From NCBI GenBank assembly GCA_002269645.1, contig NIVC01000532.1, positions 124,001-188,000 of the forward strand: a DNA stretch of 64,000 nt, read 5' to 3'. Both the position numbers and the translations under genes were made by a program. A model generated the notes under the pieces. The model was given only the letters and a program-made list of their open reading frames with translations. It was not told the DNA's origin and made no database searches. Positions 24,301 through 35,469 of the stretch are shown in pieces (position 1 is the stretch's first letter; the number at the start of each line of letters is the position of its first letter). The DNA is from Macrostomum lignano. Lineage: Eukaryota.

Positions 24301-27300
24301 TGTAGACAATCTACTGTACATTGTAGACAATCTACTGTACATTGTAGACAATCTACTGTACATTGTAGACAATCTACTGTACATTGTAGACAATCTACTG
24401 TACATTGGTACATTGTAGACAATCTAATCTACTGTACATTGTAGACAATCTACTGCACATTGTAGACAATCTACTGTACATTGTAGACAATCTACTGTAA
24501 ATTGTAAGCAATCTACTGTACATTGTAGACAATCTACTGTACATTGTAGACAATCTAATCTACTGTACATTGTAGACAATCTAATCTACTGTACATTGTA
24601 GACAATCTACTGTACATTGTAGACAATCTAATCTACTGTACATTGTAGACAATCTAATCTACTGTACATTGTAGACAATCTAATCTACTGTACATTGTAG
24701 ACAATCTAATCTACTGTACATTGTAGACAATCTAATCTACTGTACATTGTAGACAATCTAATCTACTGTACATTGTAGAAAATCTACTGTACATTGTAGA
24801 CAATCTATGCACATTGTAAGCAATCTACTGTACGTTTAGGTAATTTACTATAGAACATCTGCAAAAGCTGCAGACAACAATCAAATAGACTTGACAGTCT
24901 TTTACTTACAAGCTCTTACATAATGAGAAAATTAGCCATTTCCATTTGCAACAGGAAACCTGATGATGCTCAAGCCTTGTTTGCATGGCTCCCCGGCCAG
25001 ATCCAGTTTCCATTTATTAAATTCTGTAAAAAAATCTAGAAAAAATGTTGTCTAAAAATAGCTACAACTAGCTGGTCGGTTTGTGGACTGAGAAGGCCCC
25101 CTCCCCTCCTGAATTCGACGATAAACAGAAAATGGCGTCAGGTTTCGGGAAATCACCAGGCATGGTTAATCCGATATTTTTTGACGATGGGAAGTCGGCG
25201 CTTAACTGGGTCTATTTTGGCTCTGAATTTTTCCCTGCTTAGATTTTAGCTTGCAATTTGATCTTCTGTTTGATGTTGCTCCGCTTTGGTTCAATAGACA
25301 GTCTGCTGGTTTAAATAAACACCCATCCAAGTCTTCATTCTGCTTGCATAAACACTCTTTTGGATGCTCTAGTTGAATAAACACCCTTCCAGATCATCTA
25401 GTTGATTAAACACCCTTCCAGATCATCTAGTTGATTAAACACCCTTCCAGATCATCTAGTTGATTAAACACCCTTCCAGATCATCTAGTTGATTAAACAC
25501 CCTTCCAGATCCTCTATTTGAATATACACCCTTCCCGATCATCTAAGTGAATAAACACCCATCCAGATCCGCTAGTTGAATAAACACTTTTTCAGATCCT
25601 CTATTTGAATAAACACCCATCCAGATCCGCTAGTTGATTAAACACCCTTTCAGATCCTCTATTTGAATAAACACCCATCCAGATCCGCTAGTTGAATAAA
25701 CACCCTTTCAGATCCTCTATTTGAATAAACACCCATCCAGATCCGCTAGTTGATTAAACACCCTTTCAGATCCTCTATTTGAATAAACATCCATCCAGAT
25801 CCTCTAGTTAAGTAAATAGCCCCTTAGGTTAAATAAGCACCATCACAGGTCTGTCAGGAGTGTTTACTATCGAGTGTTTAATATCGAATGCCTGTATTTA
25901 AATTTTGTTGATCAGTTGCCAAGCCAACCCGCCAACTGCAGGGCTTTTACCACCGCGGCCTCTGCCGGATCCTGATGAAGCAAGCCAAAGGTGTCCAGGA
26001 CCTGAACCAGGCGCTAGCCATCAACCCGGCGATGTACCAGGTCTACCTGTCCCGGGCGGCTCACTACGCCTGCGAGGGTCGCTACAGCAAGGCCGTCCTG
26101 AACTGCAACGAGGCCCTTCGACTGCAGCCGCAGTGCGTCCGCGCCCTGCTCTACCGCGGCTCCATCAAGTGCCGAATCCGAGCGTACGGCCTCGCCGTAG
26201 ACGACCTGACCCGGGCCATCGCCGTCGACCCGACCTGCGCGCTGGCCTATTTCAACCGGGCCGTCTGTCACGGCGAGAGCCGCCAGCCGGACCTCGCCCT
26301 GCGCGACTACGGAGTCGTGCTCATGCTCAACGACCGCCGGCTGCGCTACCGCACGCTGGTGAACCGCGGCCTGCTGTACCTGACCTCCTGCAGCGATCCG
26401 GAGAACGCGCTCGGCGACTTCCTGCTGGCTGCTCGCGACCGGCCAAACGATGAGCGACTTCTGCACGCCATCGGCACCTGCTACCACCGGCTGCGCCGCC
26501 TGCCGCAGGCCGTCCGGGCGTTCAGCCGGGCTCTGGACGCAAATTCGAACTTCTACGATGCCTACATCGGCCGGGCCAACTGCTACCTGGACTTCGGCAG
26601 CCCGCGCAGCGTCCTGTTCGCCAGGCGCGACTACGAGCGCGTCCTGATGAGCGACCCGCGCCACCTGGCCGCCCGGGTCAACCTGGCCTTCAGCCTGCAG
26701 ATGGACGGCCGCATGCGCGCCGCCTGGGACCAGCTGAGTGCGGCCATCCGCTTCCAGCCGGACTCGCCGAAGCCGTGGGAATGCCGCGCTGTGGTCTCGC
26801 TCCAGATGTCCAACCTGGACGGCGCTCTGGCCGACGCCAACGAGGCTGTGCGACTGCGCCCTAGCAGTGCAGAGAGTCTGGTGACGCGCGGCGTTGTGCA
26901 GCAGTGCGCCGGCGACCGCGTTTCGGCGATGCGCGACTACCAGAAAGCGATCCTGGCGGAGCCGAGCTTCTCCCTGGCCTATTATAACGCCGCCAACGTG
27001 TACCTGCAGCAGCGCCAGTACCATCAGGCGCTGCGCTACTACGACTCCTGCATCCGGCTCAATCCCGCCGACGAAGGTGCTCACAACAATCGGGCTCTGA
27101 CTAGAGGCCTGCTCGGTGACGTGGACGGAGCTCTGGCCGATGCTAGCCGGGCCATCGAGCTCAGCCCGCACATGGCGCACGCCTTCTTCAACAGGGGCAA
27201 ACTTGCCGTGCGAGCTGGGAACTTCGACTCGGCTGAGGCCGATTTTAGCGCTGGTGAGTGCTGAGTCTGCGTGCTTGCTGAGTCTGAGTGAGTGCTGAGT

Positions 27301-30300
27301 CTGCGTGCTTGCTGAGTCTGCGTGCTCGGTGAGCCTGAGTGCTTGCTGAGTCTGCGTGCTTGTTGAGTCTGAGTGCTTGCTGAGTCTGCGTGCTTGCTGA
27401 GTCTGCGTGCTCGGTGAGTCTGCGTGCTCGCTGAGTCTGAGTGAGTGCTGAGTCTGCGTGCTTGCTGAGTCTGAGTGAGTGCTGAGTCTGCGTGCTTGCT
27501 GAGTCTGCGTCCTTGCTGAGTCTGCGTGCTTGCTGAGTCTGCGTCCTTGCTGAGTCTGAGTGCTTGCTGAGTCTGCTTGCTTGCTGAGTCTGCGTGCTTG
27601 CTGAGTCTGAGTGCTTGCTGAGTCTGCGTGCTCGGTGAGTCTGAGTGCTTGCTGAGTCTGAGTGAGTGCTGAGTCTGCGTGCTCGGTGAGTCTGAGTGCT
27701 TGCTGAGTCTGCGTCCTTGCTGAGTCTGAGTGCTTGCTGAGTCTGCTTGCTTGCTGAGTCTGCGTGCTTGCTGAGTCTGAGTGCTTGCTGAGTCTGCGTG
27801 CTCGGTGAGTCTGAGTGCTTGCTGAGTCTGAGTGAGTGCTGAGTCTGCGTGCTCGGTGAGTCTGAGTGCTTGCTGAGTCTGAGTGAGTGCTGAGTCTGAG
27901 TGAGTGCCGAGTCTGCGTGCTTGCTGAGTCTGAGTGAGTGCTGAGTCTGAGTGCTTGCTGAGTCTGAGTGCTTGCTGAGTCTGAGTGCTTGCTGAGTGTG
28001 CGTGCTTGCTGAGTCTGAGTGCTTGCCGAGTCTGAGTGCTTGCTGAATCTGAGTGCTTGCTGAGTCTGAGTGAGTGCTGAGTCTGAGTGCTTGCTGAGTC
28101 TGAGTGCTTGCTGAGTCTGAGTGAGTGCTGAGTCTTAGTGCTTGCCGAGTCTGAGTGCTTGCTGAGTCTGAGTGCTTGCTGAGTCTGAGTGAGTGCTGAG
28201 TCTGAGTGCTTGCCGAGTCTGAGTGCTTGCTGAGTCTGAGTGAGTGCTGAGTCTGAGTGTTTGCTGAGTCTGAGTGCTTGCTGAGTGTGCGTGCTTGCTG
28301 AGTCTGAGTGAGTGCTGAGTCTGAGTGCTTGCCGAGTCTGAGTGCTTGCTGAGTCTGAGTGCTTGCTGAGTCTGAGTGCTTGTTGAGTCTGAGTGCTTGC
28401 TGAGTATTGATTGTGTCCTGTGTCAGGCCTTTTTGTGCACAGTAAACTACTCTTGCACTGCAGTAGCTCTGCGTCACTTGTCCCCGTGTATCTTCTATTG
28501 CATCGTCTGTTCCACTTGCTTCTTGGTGTTTAGTTTCGAAAATATGATTCCGAAGCAGAGAAGCTGCAAGATCAAAATATGCAAGCCTTTCTTCGCTCGA
28601 AGAAAAACACTAAGTGTCCGGGCAGAAAATGATACACTTGGGAGGTAATCGGGTCATTTTTTCGACTGGGGAAAATTACAGCCAGGGAAGCTGAGCCTGA
28701 GGTTTGTGCTCCGGGCCGCAGCTGCGAGCAGAGCTGTAATAACAGGGATGAACCTGCTTGCCACTGTCCAAAGCTGGGCATTTATCCCCGTGGCTATGAC
28801 TCTCCGAATCCTCATCCTTAAAAATTGTCTTCCCGCGTTGCTTCTCATTTAGCAGCAGATTTCGAGAGTCCCAATTAGTGCGAAGTGGCAATTTTGCTGC
28901 TCAAAAATATGGGATGCACTCAAACCCTTTTCTGTCTCAGTTGATTGAGCCTTGCAGGTCTCTTTTTGCCTTTTTCTCTTTGAATTATTCTTGTGGATTA
29001 GCCCGCATCCTTTGTGCAGCGAGTGACTGACGGGATGGTATTCAAGACCGTATCCTAGCATCTATAGCACCCCAATTTCCAACCCCTACCCAAGAATCGA
29101 TAAAGCACCCCAATTTCCAACCCCTACCCTAGAATCGATAAAACACCCCGATTTCCAACCCCTACCCAAGAATCGATAAAACACCCCGATTTCCAACCCC
29201 TACCCTAGAATCGATAAAACACCCCAATTTCCAACCCCTACCCAAGAATCGATAAAACACCCCGATTTCCAACCCCTACCCAAGAATCGATAAAACACCC
29301 CAATTTCCAACCCGTACCCAAGAATCGATAAAACACTCCGATTTCCAACCCCTACCCAAGAATCGATAAAGCACCCCAATTTCCAACCCCTACCCAAGAA
29401 TCAATAAAACACCCCAATTTCCAACCCCTACCAAGAATCGATAAAACACCCCAATTTCCAACCCCTACCCAAGAATCGATAAAACACCCCGATTTCCAAC
29501 CCCTACCCAAGAATCGATAAAACACCCCAATTTCCAACCCCTACCCAAGAATCGATAAAGCACCCCAATTTCCAACCCCTACCCAAGAATCGATAAAGCA
29601 CCCCAATTTCCAACCCCTACCCAAGAATCGATAAAGCACCCCAATTTCCAACCCCTACCCAAGAATCGATAAAGCACCCCAATTTCCAACCCCTACCCAA
29701 GAATCGATAAAACACCCCGATTTCCAACCCGTACCCAAGAATCGATAAAACACTCCGATTTCCAACCCCTACCCAAGAATCGATAAAGCACCCCAATTTC
29801 CAACCCCTACCCAAGAATCAATAAAACACCCCGATTTCTATCCCTTACCCCTAGAATCGATAAAACACCCCGATTTCCAACCCCTACCCAAGAATCGATA
29901 AAACACCCCAATTTCCAACCCCTACCCAAGAATCGATAAAACACCCCGATTTCCAACCCCTACCCAAGAATCGATAAAACACCCCAATTTCCAACCCCTA
30001 CCCAAGAATCGATAAAACACCCCAATTTCCAACCCCTACCCAAGAATCGATAAAACACCCCAATTTCCAACCCCTACCCAAGAATCGATAAAACACTCCG
30101 ATTTCCAACCCCTACCCAAGAATCGATAAAACACTCCGATTTCCAACCCCTACCCAAGAATCGATAAAACACCCCAATTTCCAACCCCTACCCAAGAATC
30201 GATAAAACACCCCGATTTCCAACCCCTACCCAAGAATCGATAAAACACTCCGATTTCCAACCCCTACCCAAGAATCGATAAAACACCCCGATTTCCAACC

Positions 30301-33162
30301 CCTACCCAAGAATCGATAAAGCACCCCAATTTCCAACCCCTACCCAAGAATCGATAAAGCACCCCAATTTCCAACCCCTACCCAAGAATCGATAAAGCAC
30401 CCCAATTTCCAACCCCTACCCAAGAACCGATAAAACACCTCGATTTCTAACACCTACCCAAGAATCGATAAAGCACCCCAATTTCCAACCCCTACCCAAG
30501 AATCGATAAAACACCCCGATTTCTATCCCTTACCCTAGAATCGATAAAACACCCCAATTTCCAACCCCTACCCAAGAATCGATAAAACACTCCGATTTCC
30601 AACCCCTACCCAAGAATCGATAAAACACCCCGATTTCCAACCCCTACCCAAGAATCGATAAAACACCCCAATTTCCAACCCCTACCCAAGAATCGATAAA
30701 ACACCCCAATTTCCAACCCCTACCCAAGAATCGATAAAACACCCCAATTTCCAACCCCTACCCAAGAATCGATAAAACACTCCGATTTCCAACCCCTACC
30801 CAAGAATCGATAAAACACTCCGATTTCCAACCCCTACCCAAGAATCGATAAAACACCCCAATTTCCAACCCCTACCCAAGAATCGATAAAACACCCCGAT
30901 TTCCAACCCCTACCCAAGAATCGATAAAACACTCCGATTTCCAACCCCTACCCAAGAATCGATAAAACACCCCGATTTCCAACCCCTACCCAAGAATCGA
31001 TAAAGCACCCCAATTTCCAACCCCTACCCAAGAATCGATAAAGCACCCCAATTTCCAACCCCTACCCAAGAATCGATAAAGCACCCCAATTTCCAACCCC
31101 TACCCAAGAACCGATAAAACACCTCGATTTCTAACACCTACCCAAGAATCGATAAAGCACCCCAATTTCCAACCCCTACCCAAGAATCGATAAAACACCC
31201 CGATTTCTATCCCTTACCCCTAGAATCGATAAAACACCCCAATTTCCAACCCCTACCCAAGAATCGATAAAACACTCCGATTTCCAACCCCTACCCAAGA
31301 ATCGATAAAACACCCCGATTTCCAACCCCTACCCAAGAATCGATAAAACACCCCGATTTCCAACCCCTACCCAAGAATCGATAAAAACACCCCAATTTCC
31401 AACCCCTACCCAAGAATCGATAAAACACCCCGATTTCCAACCCCTACCCTAGAATCGATAAAACACCCCAATTTCCAACCCCTACCCAAGAATCGATAAA
31501 ACACCCCGATTTCCAACCCCTACCCAAGAATCGATAAAAACACCCCAATTTCCAACCCCTACCCAAGAATCGATAAAACACTCCGATTTCCAACCCCTAC
31601 CCAAGAATCGATAAAACACCCCAATTTCCAACCCCTACCCAAGAATCGATAAAACACCCCGATTTCCAACCCCTACCCAAGAATCGATAAAACACCCCGA
31701 TTTCCAACCCCTACCCAAGAATCGATAAAACACCCCGATTTCCAACACCTACCCAAGAATCGATAAAGCACCCCAATTTCCAACCCCTACCCAAGAACCG
31801 ATAAAACACCTCGATTTCTAACACCTACCCAAGAATCGATAAAGCACCCCAATTTCTATCCCTTACCCCTAGAATCGATAAAACACCCCGATTTCCAACC
31901 CCTACCCTAGAATCGATAAAACACCCTGATTCCTAACCCCTGCCCCTATAATCGATAAAAAAAACCCCGATTCCTAACCCCTGCCCCTATAGTCGATAAA
32001 ATACCCCGATTCCTAACCCCTGCCCCTATAATCGATAAAAAAACCAGAATTTCTAACCCCTGCCCCTAAAATATATAATAAACACCCCAATTTTTAACCC
32101 CTGCCTCAAGAATCACTAAAACACCCGATTCCTAACCCCTGCCTCAAGAATCAATAAAACACCCGATTCCTAACATCTGCCTCAAGAATCACTAAAACAC
32201 CCGATTCCTAACCCCTGCCTCAAGAATCAACAAAACACCCGATTCCTAACCCCTGCCTCAAGAATCAATAAAACACCCGTTTCCTAACCCCTGCCTCAAA
32301 AATCAATAAAACACCCGTTTCCTAACCCCTGCCTCAAGAATCAACAAAACACCTGATTCCTAACCCCTACCTCAAAAATCAATAAAACACCCGATTCCTA
32401 ACCCCTGCCTCAAGAATCAATAAAACACCCGATTCCTAACCCCTACCTTAAAAATTAATAAAACACCCGATTCCTAACCCCTGCCTCAAGAATCAATAAA
32501 ACACCCGATTCCTAACCCCTGCCTCAAAAATTAATAAAACACCCGATTCCTAACCCCTGCCTCAAGAATCAATAAAACACCCGATTCCTAACCCCTGCCT
32601 CAAAAATTAATAAAACACCCGATTCCTAACCCCTACCTTAAAAATTAATAAAACACCCGATTCCTAACCCCTACCTTAAAAATTAATAAAACACCCGATT
32701 CCTAACCCCTGCCTCAAGAATCAATAAAACACCCGATTCCTAACCCCTACCTCAAAAATCAATAAAACACCCGATTCCTAACCCCTGCCTCAAGAATCAA
32801 TAAAACACCCGATTCCTAACCCCTACCTCAAGAATTAATAAAACATCCGATTTCTAACCACTTACCCTGTACATTACGAGCCGTAATAAAAAACATTAAA
32901 TTCTACCCCTGTGGCATTTCTCTGAAAGATCAAAATCTTTCTGCCATCCTCCCTTAAGTGCTGAAAGGAAGCCTAGTTTTCCTGTTAAATATTTTCGATA
33001 TAAAATTCCGATGTTCTCGCCTCGCCCTTCATTGCAGCCCTGCTAATCCAACCCGACGACCCCGTGGTGTTGAAGTCACGGGCCGACTGCCTCGGCAAAC
33101 TCGGGAAACGCCAAGCGGCCATCGAGGACTACAAGCGGGCTGTACAGCTCACGGATCGATGA
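3328..33162 (+). CDS. TTC6: Tetratricopeptide repeat protein 6-like (large multi-TPR protein, at least ~1660 aa; start codon not fixed)
   Basis: 18 phase-consistent GT-AG exons: 3328-4166, 5159-5238, 5314-5474, 6012-6222, 6695-6761, 13916-14092, 14258-14341, 15258-15744, 18222-18527, 19598-19704, 19990-20301, 20695-20805, 20896-20989, 21227-21354, 21756-21987, 23630-23782, 25942-27253, 33038-33162. Many TPR motifs (e.g. ALAYFNRA, AYYNAANVY). The long non-TPR N-terminus with GRKYVILP and the C-terminus ALLIQPDDPVVLKSRADCLGKLG resemble TTC6 as I recall it. Confidence 0.8.
4226..5015. repeat. C-rich 20-22 bp minisatellite (ccaaggagagcgccccgccc) in a TTC6-like intron
   Basis: Directly visible tandem array. 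It explains the G/P/L-rich spurious ORFs. Confidence 0.95.
5542..5938. mobile_element. hAT-superfamily MITE with an internal CT microsatellite
   Basis: Imperfect TIRs CAGGGTTCGGCAAA / TTTGCGGTCAACCCTG. 8-bp TSD ctctaaag (5534-5541) / ctctaaaa (5939-5946). Confidence 0.8.
6305..6410. repeat. Short dispersed repeat, copy 1 (copy 2 at ~23414-23510)
   Basis: Shared cagccatgagggccaacccccaaggc...tgtac.tgcctgacgattga...aagtca..gggcc.ctgt. Confidence 0.8.
7343..7680. mobile_element. Fold-back MITE (EnSpm/CMC-like) with ~115-bp inverted arms rich in GACGTCG
   Basis: The left arm begins cccgtacaacaatccgacgt and the right arm is its reverse complement, ending gtacggg. Flanked by tta on both sides (3-bp TSD). 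Confidence 0.8.
8325..8875. repeat. Minisatellite: 31-bp units (gtcattgcccttccagtcatcatgaattagg) grading into 28-29-bp units
   Basis: Visible tandem array. It continues at 13362-13790 beyond the LTR element. Confidence 0.95.
8876..13361 (+). mobile_element. Full-length Ty3/Gypsy LTR retrotransposon (Mag-like)
   Basis: LTRs 8876-9017 and 13220-13361 (TG...CA, 142 bp, 1 mismatch). TSD GTCAT on both sides. PBS TGGTGTCAGAGG (tRNA-Leu-like) at 9018. PPT aaaaaaagggggga before the 3' LTR. Confidence 0.97.
9089..13150 (+). pseudogene. gag-pol: gag-pol polyprotein (Gag, two Zn knuckles, protease DTGA, RT YIDD, RNase H, integrase HHCC/DDE) interrupted by two in-frame stops
   Basis: The three listed ORFs (9056-10675, 10697-12679, 12692-13150) are one frame. 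TAG at 10673-10675 sits in NR*PIPT (normally Tyr) and TAA is at 12677-12679. Confidence 0.92.
13362..13790. repeat. Right half of the 28-29-bp minisatellite split by the LTR element
   Basis: Same cattgccctctcagtcatgtagggg units as at 8690-8875. Confidence 0.92.
14475..15230. repeat. 31-bp minisatellite (aatggcgccaaaccatttatattcactcgac), ~24 copies
   Basis: Visible tandem array in a TTC6-like intron. Confidence 0.95.
15790..16545. repeat. 22-bp minisatellite with alternating variants (acaatcaggtgctgcgtgttag / acattcaggtgctatctgttac)
   Basis: Visible array, intronic. Confidence 0.95.
17140..18150. repeat. 15-bp minisatellite (ctctagaatcttacc)
   Basis: Visible array, intronic. Confidence 0.95.
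18585..19550. repeat. (CTCCT)n microsatellite punctuated by tcttctagttctcat units
   Basis: Visible array, intronic. Confidence 0.95.
20328..20580. repeat. ~77-bp tandem repeat, ~3 copies, rich in AGCCAAT/CCAA motifs
   Basis: cagccaa anchors at 20328, 20405, 20482 and 20567. Confidence 0.8.
22070..23072. repeat. 13/14-bp minisatellite (gagcattgagtct / gagcattgataatt) forming a 41-bp higher-order unit
   Basis: gagaattt marker recurs every 41 bp from 22667. Confidence 0.95.
23414..23510. repeat. Short dispersed repeat, copy 2 (see 6305)
   Basis: Alignable by eye with 6305-6410. Confidence 0.8.
23862..24835. repeat. 21-bp minisatellite (aatctactgtacattgtagac) with internal palindromes
   Basis: Visible array, with some 26-bp variants (extra ctaat). 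Confidence 0.95.
25370..25820. repeat. 29-bp minisatellite (aacacccttccagatcatctagttgatta)
   Basis: Visible array, intronic. Confidence 0.9.
27254..28408. repeat. 17-bp minisatellite (gagtgcttgctgagtct / gagtgagtgctgagtct) starting at a splice donor
   Basis: Visible array. It explains the 410-aa minus-strand pseudo-ORF. Confidence 0.95.
29065..32850. repeat. 38-bp satellite (~100 units; caccccaatttccaacccctacccaagaatcgataaaa), switching at ~32.1 kb to a related 38-bp variant
   Basis: Visible array filling most of the last TTC6-like intron. Confidence 0.97.
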
Positions 33163-33594
33163 AAATATTCACGAATCGAATCTGAATTTGCCGTTTTTAT
33201 TTACTTTGTTAAACTTCAGTTAAGGTGGCTTGACAATTTTTACAGTCCAGTAGCTTATTGACCGTAGTTACATATACACACAGATTTGGGACTTCGTTGT
33301 TAAAAAAGAAGATTTTTTCAAGATTGTGATATTTTAATTTTCTAGCAAGGATTGAAAATCGAGAAGGATTTATGCGTTCAATGGCCTTGCTATATAACTT
33401 GCTATTTTTATTAAGTCTATATTTAGGGTAAAGCAAAAAATAAATATTAACCTTTTTAACTTTTTTAATAACTCACTAATTTTCTTACTTTTATTGAGAC
33501 TGATGCAGCTTGTGCATATTAAAGTAGTAAACTGGCTACAGACAAGCCACGGTAAGGGGAAATGTTATGGTTAAAGGATTAAGGTTACTTTTAG

Positions 33595-34005
33595 GTCCAG
33601 GCTTTCTAGGCTTGTCTAGGGTTAGGTATAGGGTTATCTAAGGTTAAGTCTAGGGTTGTCTAGTGTTAGGTCTTGGTTTGTCTAGGGTTAAGTCTAGGGT
33701 TAAGTCTAGGGTTATCTAGGGTTAGGTCTAGGCTTGTCTAGGGTTAGGTCTAGGCTTGTCTAGGGTTAGGTCTAGGCTTGTCTAGGGTTAGGTCTAGGGT
33801 TATCTAGGGTTAAATCTAGGGTTGTCTAGTGTTAATTCTAGGGTTGTCTAGGGTTAGGTCTTGGTTTGTCTAGGGTTAAGTCTAGGGTTAAGTCTAGGGT
33901 TATCTAGGGTTAGGTCTAGGGTTATCTAGGATTAGGTCTAGGTTAGGTCTAGGGTTAGGTCTAGGTTAGGGCTAGGGTTAGGGTTAGGATTAGTGTTAGG
34001 GTTGG
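33595..34005. repeat. Degenerate telomere-like array (10/12-bp tctagggttagg units ending in ttagggttagg)
   Basis: G-rich TTAGGG-related motifs on the + strand. Confidence 0.85.
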
Positions 34006-34069
34006 CCCAGAGTATCTAGCTACCGGCATGCACATATTTACGCACTGTACTTCAATGCATGCGCCAGAC

Positions 34070-34753
34070 ATGGAGATCGAAGAGGGCGAGCCGGTCCAGC
34101 TGACTCAGCATGCGCTGTTCGATCTGATCCAGCGCGGCAGCTACAGGGCGATGATCGACGCCCTGGACAACCCGATCGCGCACCCGCCGGAGGTGATCGC
34201 CCAGCTGATGTCCGGTCGCAGTGAGCTGGGCAAGTCACCACTGGACACGGCAGTCTTCATGTGCCGCCAGGAGATCGTCAAGGACCTCGTGTTGAACCGC
34301 GGCGCCGACGTGAATGCCACCAACGCAGAAGGCTACACGGCGATGCACCTGGCCGCGGCCTGGCGCAACGCCGAAGCCTTGAAGATCATCTACGCCCAGG
34401 GCGGCGACATCCAGCGCTGCAGCCGGTTCGGCGAGCGTCCCATCGAGGTGGCTCAGCGCTACGGCAACTCCGAGTGCGTCGACTTCCTTCAGTGGGCGGA
34501 GGCCCGCGACGCGTTCGCCGCCGCAATCCGGCAGATGCGGGAGACGCTGGCAGACACGGAGAAGCTGCAGGGCCGGCTGAACAAGGACGAGAGAAAGCAG
34601 GCGGACTTGGCCTGCACGGAGCGCGAGCAGTGGCTGCAGGGGGCGCAGGACGCCACAACGCAGAATTTCATAGCCATGCGGCTGGAGCTGGAGGACCAGT
34701 TTGCTCCGATCTACATCAAGCTGAGCGAGCCGCTGCCGGAGAAGACCAAGTGA
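34070..34753 (+). CDS. ANKRD45: Ankyrin repeat domain-containing protein 45-like, intronless CDS
   Basis: Ankyrin motifs GYTAMHLAAAW and ERPIEVAQRYGNSECVDFLQWAEAR, plus the DTEKLQGRLNKDE...EQWL helical tail, match ANKRD45 as I recall it. Likely ATG at 34070 after a cag acceptor. Confidence 0.85.
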   Translation: MEIEEGEPVQLTQHALFDLIQRGSYRAMIDALDNPIAHPPEVIAQLMSGRSELGKSPLDTAVFMCRQEIVKDLVLNRGADVNATNAEGYTAMHLAAAWRNAEALKIIYAQGGDIQRCSRFGERPIEVAQRYGNSECVDFLQWAEARDAFAAAIRQMRETLADTEKLQGRLNKDERKQADLACTEREQWLQGAQDATTQNFIAMRLELEDQFAPIYIKLSEPLPEKTK

Positions 34754-35469
34754 TGGACTTGATGCCTGCTAATTGCTGAGTTGAATAAGTTGGCCCGTTC
34801 TCCGCACTGCAGGCGTCTATACAGTGTATACATGTGCGTGTATTTGGAGAAATATTCTGATTAAACTACAGCCACCATTTTATTCCTCAATCATAGGCTT
34901 ACTGTTCTAATTCCTAGATCCCTAATGATTCCCGGATCCCTAATGACTCCCAGATCCCAATTATTACTCTCAGATCCCTAATATGTCTCCCAGATCCCTA
35001 ATATGACTCCCAGATCCCAAATATCCCTCCTAGACCCCAAATACCCATACCAGATCCTCAACCAGAGAGTGCACATTGCTAACAAAGATTGATGTAGTAA
35101 TTAAACTTTTTACGGTTAACATTAATGAACAACTGACCAAAAGTGCGATGCTTTAGAGTAAAGAGTAAAGAGTATCTTGTCTCAATTTAAATCGAAAATT
35201 AAAAAAATATCTTTTTTACAACAGGTTTAGCGTTTTGCTTTATTCTTTATTCTTTATTTTTGCTTAGAATTGCATAAATTCTAAGGCCCGAAAGCCCATT
35301 GAGAGACGCGTGAATCAAACGAAGTTTTTCAGTCCTTTGGATAGGGATTAGTTTTCCTTTGTTAGCTTTCTCTTTTATAATTTATAATCAGAAAAACTGT
35401 TGCTTTTGTGCAGGAAGTTCAAGTATAATCTCAGCTCAAGCTCTCGGGGTTTTCATATCGATGCTTCTG

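Noticed and set aside
23862-24835. Repeat unit resembles the Cas12a direct-repeat hairpin (TCTAC...GTAGA)
   Set aside because: Units are contiguous with no unique spacers, there are no cas genes, and the context is a eukaryotic intron. This is a minisatellite.
26014-27180. 388-aa minus-strand ORF and 182-aa alternative plus frame
   Set aside because: Shadows of the GC-rich TPR exon.
22141-28477. Repetitive ORFs (MLRLNAQ, MYSRLST, 410-aa SKHSDSA)
   Set aside because: Stop-free frames of tandem repeats with no coding signature.
28410-28900. Possible piggyBac Cys-rich C-terminus on the minus strand (RRCNRRY...QCKSSLLC)
   Set aside because: Too few conserved residues, and no TIR or TTAA found.
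29065-34005. CCCTAA-like satellite followed by a TTAGGG-like array as a telomere-fusion scar
   Set aside because: Orientation is opposite to an end-to-end fusion, the 38-mer is only loosely telomeric, and an intact exon lies between them.
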